Shown here piece by piece: positions 16,005-26,572 of a DNA stretch of 32,000 nucleotides. This stretch comes from Methanothermobacter sp. CaT2 (lineage in GTDB: Archaea > Methanobacteriota > Methanobacteria > Methanobacteriales > Methanothermobacteraceae): the NCBI RefSeq assembly GCF_000828575.1, contig NZ_AP011952.1, forward strand, positions 433,065 to 465,064, given 5' to 3'. The notes under the pieces were generated by a model. The model did not search any database, had not been told where the DNA came from, and worked only from the letters and a program-made list of their open reading frames with translations. The stretch's first letter is position 1; the number at the start of each line of letters is the position of its first letter. Position numbers and translations under genes: made by a program.

Positions 16005-17672
16005 GTGAAGATCAATGATGATGCTTCAATCGTCCTCTGCGGTGAGGCAGGGCAGGGCATACAGACCGTCGAGGCCCTCCTCATAAGGGCCTTCAAGGCC
16101 ACCGGCTACCACATATTCTCCTGCAAGGAGTACATGTCCCGTGTGCGTGGAGGGGAGAACTCCACACTGATAAGGGTATCATCCACACCGGTCCGGGCCT
16201 TCATAGAAAGGGTGGATGTGCTGTTTGCACTGAGCCCCGGTGCAGTGGAACACATGGATGGCCGTGTGAAGGATACACTGGTCATTGCAGATGAGGAGTT
16301 CCATGAGGAGGGCGCCATCAGCCTCCCGATAATGGGGGAGGCAGAGAAGCTGGGGGGCAGGATATTCGCCAATGTCGTTGCAGCGGGTGCAGCCGCAAAC
16401 CTCTTCGGTGTCAGAGAGGAAACATTCGATGAAGCCGTGCGGTCCCTATTCGAACGCAAGGGCCCTGACATAGTAGAGGCCGACCTCAGGGCCGGGAGGA
16501 AGGGCTATGAACTGGGTGATGAACTCAGGGAGCACCTTGAGATCAGCATTGAACCCCAGCCATCGGTGAGGGAACACGTTGTCCTCAACGGGACAGAAGC
16601 CGTTGGCATAGGGTGCATCGCCGGGGGCTGCCGCTTCATGTCATCATACCCCATGACACCATCAACTCCACTCCAGGTATTCATATCAGAGAACGCCGCT
16701 GAATTCGACATGGTATTCGAGCAGGCAGAGGATGAGATTGCAGCCATCAACATGTGCCTGGGGGCCTCCTATGCGGGTGCACGGTCCCTTGTCGCAACCT
16801 CAGGTAGCGGATTTGCCCTCATGGAGGAGGCCGTTGGCCTTGCAGGTATGATAGAAACACCTGTGGTTATATACATAGGCCAGAGGCCGGGGCCGGCTGT
16901 TGGTCTTCCCACCAGGACAGCCCAGGAGGACCTGAACCTCGCCCTCTACGCAGGCCCCGGTGAGTTCCCAAGGGCAATTCTGGCTCCAGGGAAACTCGAG
17001 GATACCCCTGAAATCGCGGCCCATGCCTTCAACCTGGCAGACAGGTACCAGATACCTGTATTTCTGCTCTCAGACCAGTACCTGGCAGACCTCTACTACG
17101 ACCTCCCCGCACCCCTGATCGGTGAGGAACCCTGTTACCATATCACCCGGACATGGGAGGGGTACAGGAGATTCGAGTTCACAGCTGATGGTATATCACC
17201 CAGGGGTATTCCGGGCTACGGGTCCGGGACGGTACGGGTGGACTCGGATGAGCACGATGAGGAGGGTCTGATAACAGAGGACCTTGACGTGAGGAGGAGG
17301 ATGGTTGAGAAGAGGAACCTGCGCCTTGAGATGCTGAGGGATGACGCACTGAAGCCCGAGGTGTACGGTGATAACTCCTCTGCACTGATATGCTGGGGTT
17401 CCACCTACTGGCCGGTACGGGAGGCCATCGAGTCCTCCGGTGCAGATGTGAGCATGGTGCACTTCAGCCAGGTCTACCCCCTCCCCCATGACACCCTGGA
17501 GCTCCTGGAATCATTCGACAGGACTGCTGTGGTTGAGAACAATTACCGCGGACAGTTCGCGGACCTCCTCAAGCTTGAGGGATTTGAGGCCGATGCAAGG
17601 TTCAGGAGGTACGATGGCATGCCCTTCAGCGTTGAGGGGGTTGCCGGATTCATCGAGGAGGTTCTACTATGA
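16005..17672 (+). CDS. 2-oxoacid:ferredoxin oxidoreductase, fused gamma-alpha subunit
   Basis: N-terminal gamma-type [13 protein letters not shown], then alpha-type [26 protein letters not shown]. The RBS gaggtga overlaps the msrA stop. Confidence 0.8.
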   Translation: MKINDDASIVLCGEAGQGIQTVEALLIRAFKATGYHIFSCKEYMSRVRGGENSTLIRVSSTPVRAFIERVDVLFALSPGAVEHMDGRVKDTLVIADEEFHEEGAISLPIMGEAEKLGGRIFANVVAAGAAANLFGVREETFDEAVRSLFERKGPDIVEADLRAGRKGYELGDELREHLEISIEPQPSVREHVVLNGTEAVGIGCIAGGCRFMSSYPMTPSTPLQVFISENAAEFDMVFEQAEDEIAAINMCLGASYAGARSLVATSGSGFALMEEAVGLAGMIETPVVIYIGQRPGPAVGLPTRTAQEDLNLALYAGPGEFPRAILAPGKLEDTPEIAAHAFNLADRYQIPVFLLSDQYLADLYYDLPAPLIGEEPCYHITRTWEGYRRFEFTADGISPRGIPGYGSGTVRVDSDEHDEEGLITEDLDVRRRMVEKRNLRLEMLRDDALKPEVYGDNSSALICWGSTYWPVREAIESSGADVSMVHFSQVYPLPHDTLELLESFDRTAVVENNYRGQFADLLKLEGFEADARFRRYDGMPFSVEGVAGFIEEVLL

Positions 17673-18535
17673 GGCCAGAGGATTATGACATGAATGTTGA
17701 AATTGCATGGTGTCCAGGATGCGGTAACTTCTCCATCCTGAGGGCCCTCAAGATGGCCCTTGCAGACCTGGATATACCCCCTGAGAGGCTTGTCCTTGTC
17801 TCGGGGATAGGCCAGGCAGGGAAGCTCCCCCAGTACCTGAAGTGCAACCACTTCAATGGACTTCATGGCAGATCCCTCCCGGCTGCAGTGGCCATCAAGG
17901 CCACGAACCCCGAGCTCACAGTCATCGATGTGAGCGGTGACGGCTGCATGTACGGTGAGGGCGGAAACCACCTCATCCATAACATCCGGAGGAACCCGGA
18001 CATAACCACCATCGTTCATGACAACATGGTCTACGGCCTCACCAAGGGCCAGGCGTCCCCCACAAGTCAGCCCGGCTTCAGGACTCCTGTACAGGTTCAG
18101 GGGGTCTTTGAGGAACCATTCAACCCATTAGCCGTGGCGGTTGCCCTGGGGGCCACCTTCGTTGCAAGGGCCTTCTCAGGAGATATTGAGAGGACGCGTG
18201 ACATACTGGTCGAGGCCATCAGCCACCATGGTTATGCCCTCGTGGATATATTCCAGCCCTGTGTGACCTTCAACCGTGTTAACACCTTCCAGTGGTTCCG
18301 GGAACACACATACTACACCGATCATGATCCTGCAGACAGGTTGCTGGCCCTTGAGAAATCCCTTGAGGGATACGGCGGGGGTAGGTTTCCACTGGGTGTC
18401 ATATACCGGGTTGAGGGTGAGAGGACCTTCGAGGAGAATCTCAGTGTATACCATGGGGATGCCACTCCCCTCTGGAGGCGGAGCCATGACCCTGATAAAC
18501 TGAAGCGTCTCATTGAATCAAAGAGGATGGTGTAG
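17669..18535 (+). CDS. 2-oxoacid:ferredoxin oxidoreductase, beta (TPP-binding) subunit
   Basis: [11 protein letters not shown] and the [19 protein letters not shown] motif. ATGA start/stop overlap with the alpha gene. Confidence 0.85.
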   Translation: MRPEDYDMNVEIAWCPGCGNFSILRALKMALADLDIPPERLVLVSGIGQAGKLPQYLKCNHFNGLHGRSLPAAVAIKATNPELTVIDVSGDGCMYGEGGNHLIHNIRRNPDITTIVHDNMVYGLTKGQASPTSQPGFRTPVQVQGVFEEPFNPLAVAVALGATFVARAFSGDIERTRDILVEAISHHGYALVDIFQPCVTFNRVNTFQWFREHTYYTDHDPADRLLALEKSLEGYGGGRFPLGVIYRVEGERTFEENLSVYHGDATPLWRRSHDPDKLKRLIESKRMV

Positions 18536-18571
18536 CTTCAATCTAACTTATGCTGATCTTCAGGTGATAGA

Positions 18572-18907
18572 GTGACAGCTGAAATCCGGCTCTACATAAC
18601 TGAGGGTGAGGTTGAGGATTACAGGGTGTTTCTGGAGAGGCTCGAACAGTCGGGCCTCGAGTGGAGAGCAGCGCCCCCTGAGGATGCCGATGCAGTCATA
18701 GTACTTGCGGGTCTATGGGGCACCCGGAGGGATGAGATACTGGGTGCTGTGGATCTTGCACGTAAATCATCAAAGCCCATAATAACCGTGAGACCCTACG
18801 GCCTTGAGAATGTACCCCCTGAACTGGAAGCCGTGAGTTCTGAGGTCGTCGGCTGGAACCCCCACTGCATAAGGGATGCTGTCGAGGATGCCCTGGATGT
18901 GATCTAA
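18572..18907 (+). CDS. MTH538-type TIR-like domain protein (DUF1863 family), 111 aa
   Basis: The length, sequence ([31 protein letters not shown]...) and position after msrA and the oxidoreductase genes match my recollection of M. thermautotrophicus MTH538. That protein is the founding member of the TIR-like DUF1863 family. GTG start with RBS aggtga. Confidence 0.65.
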   Translation: MTAEIRLYITEGEVEDYRVFLERLEQSGLEWRAAPPEDADAVIVLAGLWGTRRDEILGAVDLARKSSKPIITVRPYGLENVPPELEAVSSEVVGWNPHCIRDAVEDALDVI

Positions 18908-19106
18908 TTCGTTAAGTAGTAGCTACGATCAGGCTGAAACTCTCTACGCACCCTCTGCAAGGCCTGCAGAACCATCATCATTCAGGTGCCTCAGATGTAG
19001 GCCTATAAAATGATCACAATATTCAAAGGATAATAACTCAGGGTATCAATAAAGTTGCCTGCTTGACTGATGGGAATTCAAAAAGAAAAGGTTAGGGTGG
19101 CCATTT

Positions 19107-19736
19107 TCAGGCCGATGATTTAACCACAAACATGCCGGGCTTGCTTGAGGTCGGGTGGTATATTTTGTTGTAGCCACTGTAGCTGTAGTCAACCCAGCGC
19201 CCTCCACTGTACACCTGTACAGTACGGTGACGTGGTGACATGCTTGTGGCGTACTGTATTATACGCACCGTCTTTCCGGCTGATGTGAGTTTCCTGTATA
19301 AATATTCACTCATGGCCCAGCAGTCCCCTATGTTAGGATCATAGCGGTATGTGCTGGTGCTGTAGGCGGCCCGCACCCGCTTCTTCTTGTAGTACTTCTT
19401 TGAGTACCTCTTCTTCACACTGGTACGGTATGTCGCCCTGACCTTCTTTCTGTAGGTCTTTTTGTACTTCTTGTACTTCTTGTACTTGTATGCGGCGTCA
19501 ACCTTTACAGGTTCGGCCTTTATATTTTCAGTTTTTGTTACTATTTTTGCGTTTTCTGTTCCAGTATTTACTGCCTCACTGATGGGCACTGAACCCACAG
19601 TGAACATCAGTGCAAAGAGCACTGTGACTGCTTTGAATCGCGTAATTTTATCGCCTCCAATGTCCAATACTAACCCTAAGGTCACTAAGGACACTGAGTC
19701 AATGGTTACATCATCATGGTATATAAATGTTTCCAT
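19107..19736 (-). CDS. Secreted Lys/Tyr-rich protein with a C-terminal transglutaminase-like Cys-His-Asp core
   Basis: GDCWAMSEYLYRKL...RHRTVQVYSGGRWVDYS has the C...H...D spacing of transglutaminase-like proteases. A signal-peptide-like TRFKAVTVLFALMFTVGSVPISEA begins at aa 31. GGAGG (19654-19658) and a TATA-like tatataaa (19720-19727) lie inside the long ORF. The real start may therefore be internal (ATT 19646?). Confidence 0.5.
   Translation of the reverse strand: METFIYHDDVTIDSVSLVTLGLVLDIGGDKITRFKAVTVLFALMFTVGSVPISEAVNTGTENAKIVTKTENIKAEPVKVDAAYKYKKYKKYKKTYRKKVRATYRTSVKKRYSKKYYKKKRVRAAYSTSTYRYDPNIGDCWAMSEYLYRKLTSAGKTVRIIQYATSMSPRHRTVQVYSGGRWVDYSYSGYNKIYHPTSSKPGMFVVKSSA
19464..19490. repeat. 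9-bp tandem repeat (gtacttctt x2 plus gtacttgta) encoding KYKKYKKYKK
   Basis: Direct reading of 19461-19490 gives tttgtacttcttgtacttcttgtacttgta. Confidence 0.8.
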
Positions 19737-20099
19737 AAAATAAAAGCTCTCTGAGCTTCTTTAATCAAAAAAAGCCACCAGAATCCTTTTCTAATATCTG
19801 AATACTCTTTGAGAATCCATGACACGTTATTTAATGAGATGGGTCCTTAGGGAATCTCATTTAAGGTTTGGGACAAAAAGCACTGGCCAATAGAAAAGCA
19901 ATGCAGAAGACAAATCCACTATAAAGAGCCATTCAAATGCCCCATTCATGTTAAAAGAAGATCCAGAAGGTTTAATGGGTTAAAAACAAGGCCATACTTG
20001 AAATTTGAATTTAGAATTCTTCTGATGGTTTAAATAACCTTAAAACCCGTTTTAAACCCTCAAAATTAAAAATAGAATTATTTTAATGGTACTGAAAAC

Positions 20100-22613
20100 T
20101 CAGCCGGCCTTTTCTATGATGGATGTCCCGTCAGACTTTTCAACCCTGTAGATATGGTCTGCAAGGTTTTCAAGTTCCTCCTCATGGGATACCAGGATTA
20201 TCTGTCTGGATTCAAGTTCATCGAAGATGTCCCTGAGCTTGTAGAGCTGCTCCTTGCTGAATCCATCGGTGGGTTCGTCCAGTATAAGTATGTCCGACCT
20301 CACATCGGTGAGACGCTGGACCACCATGTTCAGTGCAAGCCTGTATGCAAGGGCTATGCTGGTCCTTTCACCACCACTGAGGTATTCAAGGTTCTGTTCA
20401 TAGCCATCCTGCTCAACGATGGGTGTGAAGTCCTCATCGATCCTCACGGATTTACCGGGGTCATCCACCAGGACCCTGAACCATTTCTGGAATCTCTCAT
20501 TGAACTCATGGTTTATCTGTGCCATCACGTGGGTCTCAATGTCAGCGAGGGCCGGGATGAAGTACTCCTCGAGCCAGGCCACATAGGTCCGCAGCTGAAG
20601 GGAACGTTTTCGGAGTTCCCTCTTTTTATCAATTTCAGACCTTAGGGTCTCAATCTGTCTCTCCTTTTCCTCGATCTTTCCTTCCAGTGCCCCTCTTCTA
20701 TCTCTCCTCTCGTCACGGAGTCTCTCCTTTTCCCTGATAGTTCGGGTGAGTCCATGTATACTGGCCTCAACATCTTCCCTGTTTCTGAGTACCTCCTCAT
20801 TCTCCTTTATTTTAGCTTTCTTTTCAGCGATCTTATTTTCATTTTCATCGATTTTATTGAGGTTATCTCTGTATTCCCTGCTGGTCTCGGGGTTGAGTTC
20901 ACTGATCCTGGTCCTGAGGTGATCCATCCTATCCTCTGTTGCTGCAAGTCTGCCAGAGCATTCTGACTCACGCTCACGCAGGGATTTCAGTTCATTCTCC
21001 ACCATGTTGAATTCGGATTCAGCGTCCTTCAGTTCCCCGATTATCCTCTCAGTCCCTGCAATCTCTTCCTCTATCTTCTGGATCCTTTCCCTGGTTTTAT
21101 CAAGACCTTCACGCTTTCTACGACACTCCTCAATCCTTTTCTCAAGGTCCTCCATGAGCAGCCTCATTTCATCCTGGGCCCTTTTATACTCCGCTATACG
21201 TTTCAGGAGTTCATTTTTATCCGAGATTTCATTTCTGAGCTCCGCTATCCTTGATTCAACTGACATCTTTCTTTCGAGGGCCCTGCTGAGTTTATCATCT
21301 ATGTAGTCCGGGTCAACTTCCTGGTCACAGGTGGGACATACACCCATCTTTCCGATGGATTCATAGTCCTCTATCTTTCCTTGTATCCCACCGAGTTCCT
21401 GCTGGAGATCTGACACCTCAACCTCAAGCCTCCTGATGCCTGCTTCAACTTCATCCTCCCTGTATCCTGGATCCTCAATGGACTTTATGGCCTCTATCTT
21501 TGATTTTATCCCGCCAGTATAATCCTCAAGCCCGGATATCTCATCCTCCAGATCCTTCCCTGTCTTAAGGAGATTCTCGAGTTCGCTGGTAAGATTTCTG
21601 TACTGAATCGAAGCCTCCCTGAACCTCCGAGAGTCCTCCATGAGGGATTCCCTCTTCAGCTCAAGGTCACTGATCCTTTCTCTCAGGGAATTCAGTTCCT
21701 CCTGAAGCTTTTCCCCGATATCACTGCATTTCTGAAGTTCATCAAGGGATCTCTGATATTCAACCTCTATAACCCTGTTTCTTTCCATGAGTCTCTCTGA
21801 GGATGACATGAGGGTTTCTATCTCATTTTTAAGGGATTCTATCTCCTTCTCTGCACTATCAATCCTGTTTTTCTCTCTCTGAAGAACTTCCATCTCTGAT
21901 TTAAGTTTGCCTATCTCCACCTCGATTCCGTCAATATCACTGTCAAGCTGCTTCTTCTCCACCTCTAGTTTCTCCTTCTCCCCTAGAAGTCCTTCAAGTT
22001 CCTTCTCCTTATCCTCAAGATCATAGGACCTGTCTTCAAGGCTTTCTGATTCCCTCTTTATTCTCCTGGAAACAAGCCTTGCGTTATCAGCCGCCCTGCT
22101 GTACTTTTCAAGGTCAAAGGCCTTCCTGAGCCTCTCAAGACGGTCATTCGTGGGGGCCTCGATTATGCTCTTCATCTGCTCCTGTGGTGTGAAGACAGCA
22201 TAACGGTATATCCTGCTCCTGGCCCTTGGATTGAGGGGTTCCCTGTAACCTAGGATCTCAAGTACCTCGGCCTTCAGTTCCTTTGCAGAGAGTTTCCTGA
22301 CCCCCCGGGGTGTTCTGATGTAGAGCTCGCCCTGCTGAACCCCTGATGATCCCCTTTTGAGTTCCCTGTAAACCGTGTACTCATCGCCATCAACAGTGAA
22401 GGTGAGCTTGACTGAACCTGAATTTGATGTGGCCCTCAGGAGGCTGTCACCCCTCTGATCACCCAGACCGAAGAGGGCGAATTCTATTGCAAGGAGCAGG
22501 GTGGTCTTACCTGACCCTATATCACCCTCAAAGAGGGTCACCCCATCATCAAACTCAACCCTTCCCGAGTCATAGCTCCTTATGTTCTTAAGTTCAAGTG
22601 AATTGATGATCAA
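20100..22613 (-). CDS. rad50: Rad50 DNA double-strand-break repair ATPase
   Basis: Walker [10 protein letters not shown]. Long Glu/Lys/Leu coiled coils with a central CPTC zinc hook (21327-21338). Signature [17 protein letters not shown] and Walker B ILILDEPT. 4-nt overlap with mre11. Confidence 0.9.
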   Translation of the reverse strand: MIINSLELKNIRSYDSGRVEFDDGVTLFEGDIGSGKTTLLLAIEFALFGLGDQRGDSLLRATSNSGSVKLTFTVDGDEYTVYRELKRGSSGVQQGELYIRTPRGVRKLSAKELKAEVLEILGYREPLNPRARSRIYRYAVFTPQEQMKSIIEAPTNDRLERLRKAFDLEKYSRAADNARLVSRRIKRESESLEDRSYDLEDKEKELEGLLGEKEKLEVEKKQLDSDIDGIEVEIGKLKSEMEVLQREKNRIDSAEKEIESLKNEIETLMSSSERLMERNRVIEVEYQRSLDELQKCSDIGEKLQEELNSLRERISDLELKRESLMEDSRRFREASIQYRNLTSELENLLKTGKDLEDEISGLEDYTGGIKSKIEAIKSIEDPGYREDEVEAGIRRLEVEVSDLQQELGGIQGKIEDYESIGKMGVCPTCDQEVDPDYIDDKLSRALERKMSVESRIAELRNEISDKNELLKRIAEYKRAQDEMRLLMEDLEKRIEECRRKREGLDKTRERIQKIEEEIAGTERIIGELKDAESEFNMVENELKSLRERESECSGRLAATEDRMDHLRTRISELNPETSREYRDNLNKIDENENKIAEKKAKIKENEEVLRNREDVEASIHGLTRTIREKERLRDERRDRRGALEGKIEEKERQIETLRSEIDKKRELRKRSLQLRTYVAWLEEYFIPALADIETHVMAQINHEFNERFQKWFRVLVDDPGKSVRIDEDFTPIVEQDGYEQNLEYLSGGERTSIALAYRLALNMVVQRLTDVRSDILILDEPTDGFSKEQLYKLRDIFDELESRQIILVSHEEELENLADHIYRVEKSDGTSIIEKAG

Positions 22614-23872
22614 GTATCATCACCCCCCAGATCCAGGCCCAGGACATCCTCGGCATCCTCGGTGATCCGCCTCTCATATTCGTTCCTGTTCTCACCGGGG
22701 GCCTTCTCATTCTCAAGTCTCCTCAGGAGTTCTACTGCAATGGAATCACCCCCATCAATGAGGCTCCTGTTTTTGATGTCAAGGCCTGCAAGTTTCTCCC
22801 TGAAGATCCTCCTCTCCAGTCTGGGCACATCACTCTCCACCACCCTGACCTTCTGGATCTCGCGGGTGCTGAGGCCGTACCTGTTTATCTGGACAACACG
22901 GGCCCCCATGGATTCAAGTCTTTCCCTTATACTCGCCGAATCTATGTCCGATGTCCTTCCTGAGCTGAGCTCGCCCCGGATCTTGAGCATCACAACCTTT
23001 CCGGTAACATCATGACCTGATATCTCCCGCCCTATCTGGTGGTATGCGTCCTGTGAGTTCTTACCTGTGACATCACATTCAATGTAATCGAATTCTGCGG
23101 GGCTTATCTCCCTGAATTCAGTTTCCCTGACCTTATCAGTGAATTCAACGAGATAGTACCCCCTTTTCTCGCCCCTGGCGTTCTCCTCGAGGTCACCGGC
23201 GTATGAACCAAAGAGTGTGCCAGGGTACACGATGGGACCGTAGCCCTCCTCAATATAACATCCCTTACGGTGTACGTGGCCACCTGCATAGTACTCGAAG
23301 CCCCTGGGGAAGAGGTTCAGGTCCACCGATTCCATATCTGCAAGGTCAGCAGGTTTGAACTGGGTTATGGCGCTGTGGAAGAGGAATATCCTGAATCCCT
23401 CTTCGGCCTCCAGGGCCTCCCTGTCAAGCCTCATGAAGTAGTCGACCTCAAGGGTCCTTGATCTGCCTGACAGTCCTGTGATCTTTGCACCTGTCTTCTC
23501 GTCCACCGTGAACTCAAGTCCAAGCTTCTTACCGGGGATGGGGCGCACGACCTTATCTATCACCCCTGCACTTTCAAGGATGTCTATCATGGACGTGCTG
23601 GATGGGCTGTAGTCATGGCTCCCGTAATTGACGTATATGGGGACCCCTGCCTCCCTGACCCTCCTGAGTTCAAGGGTGGCCCTCTTTACGGTCTCCATGT
23701 TGGGTATGTTGGAGTGGAAGAGGTCCCCTGCTATTATCATGAAGTCCACGTCATTCTGGAGTGCATCGTCCAGGGCCATCCTGAAGGCCTCGAATTCAAG
23801 TTCCCTGAGGTCAGGCTGTTTCTGGGCCCCCAGGTGGCAGTCTGAGAGGTGTGCGAATCTGTACATGCTCAC
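22610..23872 (-). CDS. mre11: Mre11 nuclease
   Basis: Calcineurin-like phosphoesterase motifs [18 protein letters not shown] and GGHVH, plus operon position next to rad50. Confidence 0.9.
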   Translation of the reverse strand: MSMYRFAHLSDCHLGAQKQPDLRELEFEAFRMALDDALQNDVDFMIIAGDLFHSNIPNMETVKRATLELRRVREAGVPIYVNYGSHDYSPSSTSMIDILESAGVIDKVVRPIPGKKLGLEFTVDEKTGAKITGLSGRSRTLEVDYFMRLDREALEAEEGFRIFLFHSAITQFKPADLADMESVDLNLFPRGFEYYAGGHVHRKGCYIEEGYGPIVYPGTLFGSYAGDLEENARGEKRGYYLVEFTDKVRETEFREISPAEFDYIECDVTGKNSQDAYHQIGREISGHDVTGKVVMLKIRGELSSGRTSDIDSASIRERLESMGARVVQINRYGLSTREIQKVRVVESDVPRLERRIFREKLAGLDIKNRSLIDGGDSIAVELLRRLENEKAPGENRNEYERRITEDAEDVLGLDLGGDDT

Positions 23873-23874
23873 AC

Positions 23875-25407
23875 CTACCCGATAAAGTCAATCTTCTCAT
23901 CTTCAGTATCCTCTGATTCCAGTCCAGCTGATTCAATGAACTCCTCAAAGAGGGGTATCTTCACAGGGACTGCGAACTTTGTGAATATGCTGCTAACTAT
24001 GGCTTCACCCTTATCAAGGCTTGCTATGGTCCTGTTATCATCTGATAGGTCCTGTGAGGCACTCCCTATTATCTCGGCCCTCTCCTGGGCCATCTCATTT
24101 CCCAGGATTATCTTGGTGTTCATGTTGGCAAGGACGGTCCTGGGTATCAGGCTGACGAGCTGGGTTATTGCAATGAGGCCTATGTTAAATTTACGTCCCT
24201 CCCTGGCTATTGTGCTGTAGATGTTGTTTCCCTGTCTCTCAATGACCTCCTTTCCGAGGACGCGGGGGGCCTCCTCTATGACTATCCCTATGACCGGTTT
24301 TCGTCTGAGTTCCCCTGTGGCCTTGTAGTGCTGGTACCTCCTGAAGATCTCGGCTGAGATGACGCTTCCAACCAGGAGCTCCGCCTCTCCCATGAGCCTT
24401 GAGGTGTCCACCACAACGATCTTTCCATCCTCAAGGCTGGCCGCGATGTCCTTTATGGTTGAATCGCCTCCACGGTCCCTGAAGACTCCTCCACGTGACT
24501 TTATGTTGCCCTCATTATCCAGGTATACACCGAGGGTGACGTCGAAGATCCTCCGGAGCACGTTGAGTGTCACCGGCTGTACACCGGGAAGTTCCTCCCC
24601 TTCCACGATCTTCATGATCCATTCATCCCCGAATTCGTTGTGGTACCTTGCAATTGCCTGTTCCTGTGCCTGTGTGAATGGGATTATGCCCTCAAAGTGT
24701 TCGGGGCGGAGTGATCTGAGGTTTATGGTGAGGGTGTTCCCGCCCACAGGTGCATCAGGGGAGTAGTAGATCACATTATCTGAGGGGTGCCTCCCGAGGC
24801 CGGCCTCGTTCCTCCCGTAGTACTCATCGTGTGGGTCCAGGACTAGAATGCCCACCCTGTCCATCTCTGCGAGGCTCCAGAGCATCACCTTCACAAGGTT
24901 ACTCTTACCCCTCCCTGTGGTTGCAGGTATGAGGATGTGGTGGGTTATGGCGTCAACTGCATCGACGTAGACCGGTGTATCCAGGACCTTTGACCCGCTC
25001 CTCACGTGTCCCAGGAAGACCGGGTTGCCGGGCCTCTCCAGGAAGTCAAGGTCACCCTCCCGGATCCTCCTCACCTCCCTGAAGAATCTGGGGAGGCGTT
25101 TGGGTATCATTGGCTGGCCATCCCGCACATGGAGTATGGGGCGGGCCTCTGCAATGATGTAGTTCCTCAGCTCAGGTTCGAGGAACTCCACATCCCCGCT
25201 GTACCCCTCAAGGTTGAACCCCGAGGCCAGCTCCCTCATGCCCTGGGGTATCTGGGACCTGTATTTGAGGTCCTTGACCTGGAGTATTGTGTAGCCGTCA
25301 CCCTCTGCAACCAGAAGGTCGCCGAGTTCTATTGGTTCACCTGCTTTCTGCCTTATGAGTACCGCGGCTGTTTCGCCGCCTATTATCTGCCCTGCAGTTT
25401 CCATCAA
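23875..25407 (-). CDS. herA: HerA hexameric DNA helicase/translocase
   Basis: Walker [15 protein letters not shown], Walker [11 protein letters not shown], ~500 aa, located between nurA and mre11. Confidence 0.85.
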   Translation of the reverse strand: MMETAGQIIGGETAAVLIRQKAGEPIELGDLLVAEGDGYTILQVKDLKYRSQIPQGMRELASGFNLEGYSGDVEFLEPELRNYIIAEARPILHVRDGQPMIPKRLPRFFREVRRIREGDLDFLERPGNPVFLGHVRSGSKVLDTPVYVDAVDAITHHILIPATTGRGKSNLVKVMLWSLAEMDRVGILVLDPHDEYYGRNEAGLGRHPSDNVIYYSPDAPVGGNTLTINLRSLRPEHFEGIIPFTQAQEQAIARYHNEFGDEWIMKIVEGEELPGVQPVTLNVLRRIFDVTLGVYLDNEGNIKSRGGVFRDRGGDSTIKDIAASLEDGKIVVVDTSRLMGEAELLVGSVISAEIFRRYQHYKATGELRRKPVIGIVIEEAPRVLGKEVIERQGNNIYSTIAREGRKFNIGLIAITQLVSLIPRTVLANMNTKIILGNEMAQERAEIIGSASQDLSDDNRTIASLDKGEAIVSSIFTKFAVPVKIPLFEEFIESAGLESEDTEDEKIDFIG

Positions 25408-26468
25408 TCCTCACCTGCATACCTGTTCAGTTCATCATGGTAGTTGAGGGCATCCACCTCATCCCTTATGCCCTCAAGGACCTCCCGGTCCCTGACCTGT
25501 GAGAGGAGCCTCCTCCTGTATATCTCCACCTCATCACCTGAGACCCTGGCCCTCATATCCACATCAACCAGACCGTAGGGGTAACCCGGGAAGCATGCAT
25601 CCCTGGCGTTCTCTGAGAGGGCTGATGCCACTACCTGTGCATCATCCCTTCCGCACTCTCCAAGGATGTCCATCCTGAATATCCGCCCTGCGGGGTTCAG
25701 CTTAACCGCCGTGAGGGTTGTTGCCCTGTCTGTCCTCACGGCTATGGGGTGGTAGCACCAGCCCCCCTCCATGTCACAGTCTGCGGCGAGCCTCCCTATG
25801 GCTGCAAGGAGTGACATTGAGGTGGTCGTGTAGAGGGTGCATGTCTTTGAGAGTCCGGCAATATGGATATCCCCTGACTCCTCCCAGAGTTTTCTTATGT
25901 AACTGTTCTCCTTCTCAAAGGATGCCTGCAGTGATCCGTCCCTGACCAGTATATCGCCATCCTGGAGTTCATCCAGCGCCCTCCGTGCCATGCTCCACTC
26001 TGCGAATCGCCTGGGAAGGCCCTTGAGGGTTGACTCATCAAACAGCTCTGCATCGCCAAGTTCCAGGTGAAGATCCTCCTCATCAGGCAGGAATTCCCTG
26101 TAATCCTCCATGATGGGGTGGATCTGGAATGTGCACATTTCATTCCCCGGGTGGATCCTCATGACCGATAGGAACTCAACCACCGGTGGTATCTCTGGCT
26201 GGATCCTCCTGGTCCCCATGAAGAGGCCCAGTGCAACCCTGTTGAGCTGGACCGATATGGTTGGCCCCTCCAGTATGGGGCTGTTGCCGCCGTCTATGAA
26301 GGCCATGCGCCTCTCTTCTCCTCCTTTGATGGACAGGAAATTATCCCTGCTGAATTCATGCACCCTGTATCTTGCTGACCTGAAGTATGGCCTTCCGATA
26401 TCTGACCTCACGGTAGCCTGGAGGGTCTCTGCAATCCTATCAAAAATGTCCAATAAAAAATCCCCCAT
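25404..26468 (-). CDS. nurA: NurA 5'-3' nuclease
   Basis: 354 aa, with MAFIDGGNS matching the NurA catalytic Asp motif. 4-nt overlap with herA. First gene of the nurA-herA-mre11-rad50 operon. Confidence 0.7.
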   Translation of the reverse strand: MGDFLLDIFDRIAETLQATVRSDIGRPYFRSARYRVHEFSRDNFLSIKGGEERRMAFIDGGNSPILEGPTISVQLNRVALGLFMGTRRIQPEIPPVVEFLSVMRIHPGNEMCTFQIHPIMEDYREFLPDEEDLHLELGDAELFDESTLKGLPRRFAEWSMARRALDELQDGDILVRDGSLQASFEKENSYIRKLWEESGDIHIAGLSKTCTLYTTTSMSLLAAIGRLAADCDMEGGWCYHPIAVRTDRATTLTAVKLNPAGRIFRMDILGECGRDDAQVVASALSENARDACFPGYPYGLVDVDMRARVSGDEVEIYRRRLLSQVRDREVLEGIRDEVDALNYHDELNRYAGED

Positions 26469-26499
26469 GTAAATGTTTAATGTTGAATAAGAAATAAAT

Positions 26500-26507
26500 A
26501 TTATAAA
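26500..26507 (-). promoter_or_regulatory. TATA box candidate for the nurA-herA-mre11-rad50 operon
   Basis: The minus strand reads ctatttataatattta. TTTATAAT lies 32-39 nt upstream of ATG 26468, implying a very short leader. Confidence 0.4.
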
Positions 26508-26572
26508 TAGTTTGTGGTTTTTAATTGAATGGCCTTGTCATCTGACCGTTCCAGGGATATCCGGACCCTTAC

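Noticed and set aside
17543-18019. 158-aa minus-strand ORF across the oxidoreductase alpha/beta junction
   Set aside because: It lies antisense to two genes with unambiguous TPP/OFOR motifs and has no independent support.
23875-26468. HerA + NurA as a stand-alone anti-phage module
   Set aside because: They are translationally coupled to intact mre11 and rad50 in the canonical archaeal end-resection operon, so a housekeeping role is far more likely.
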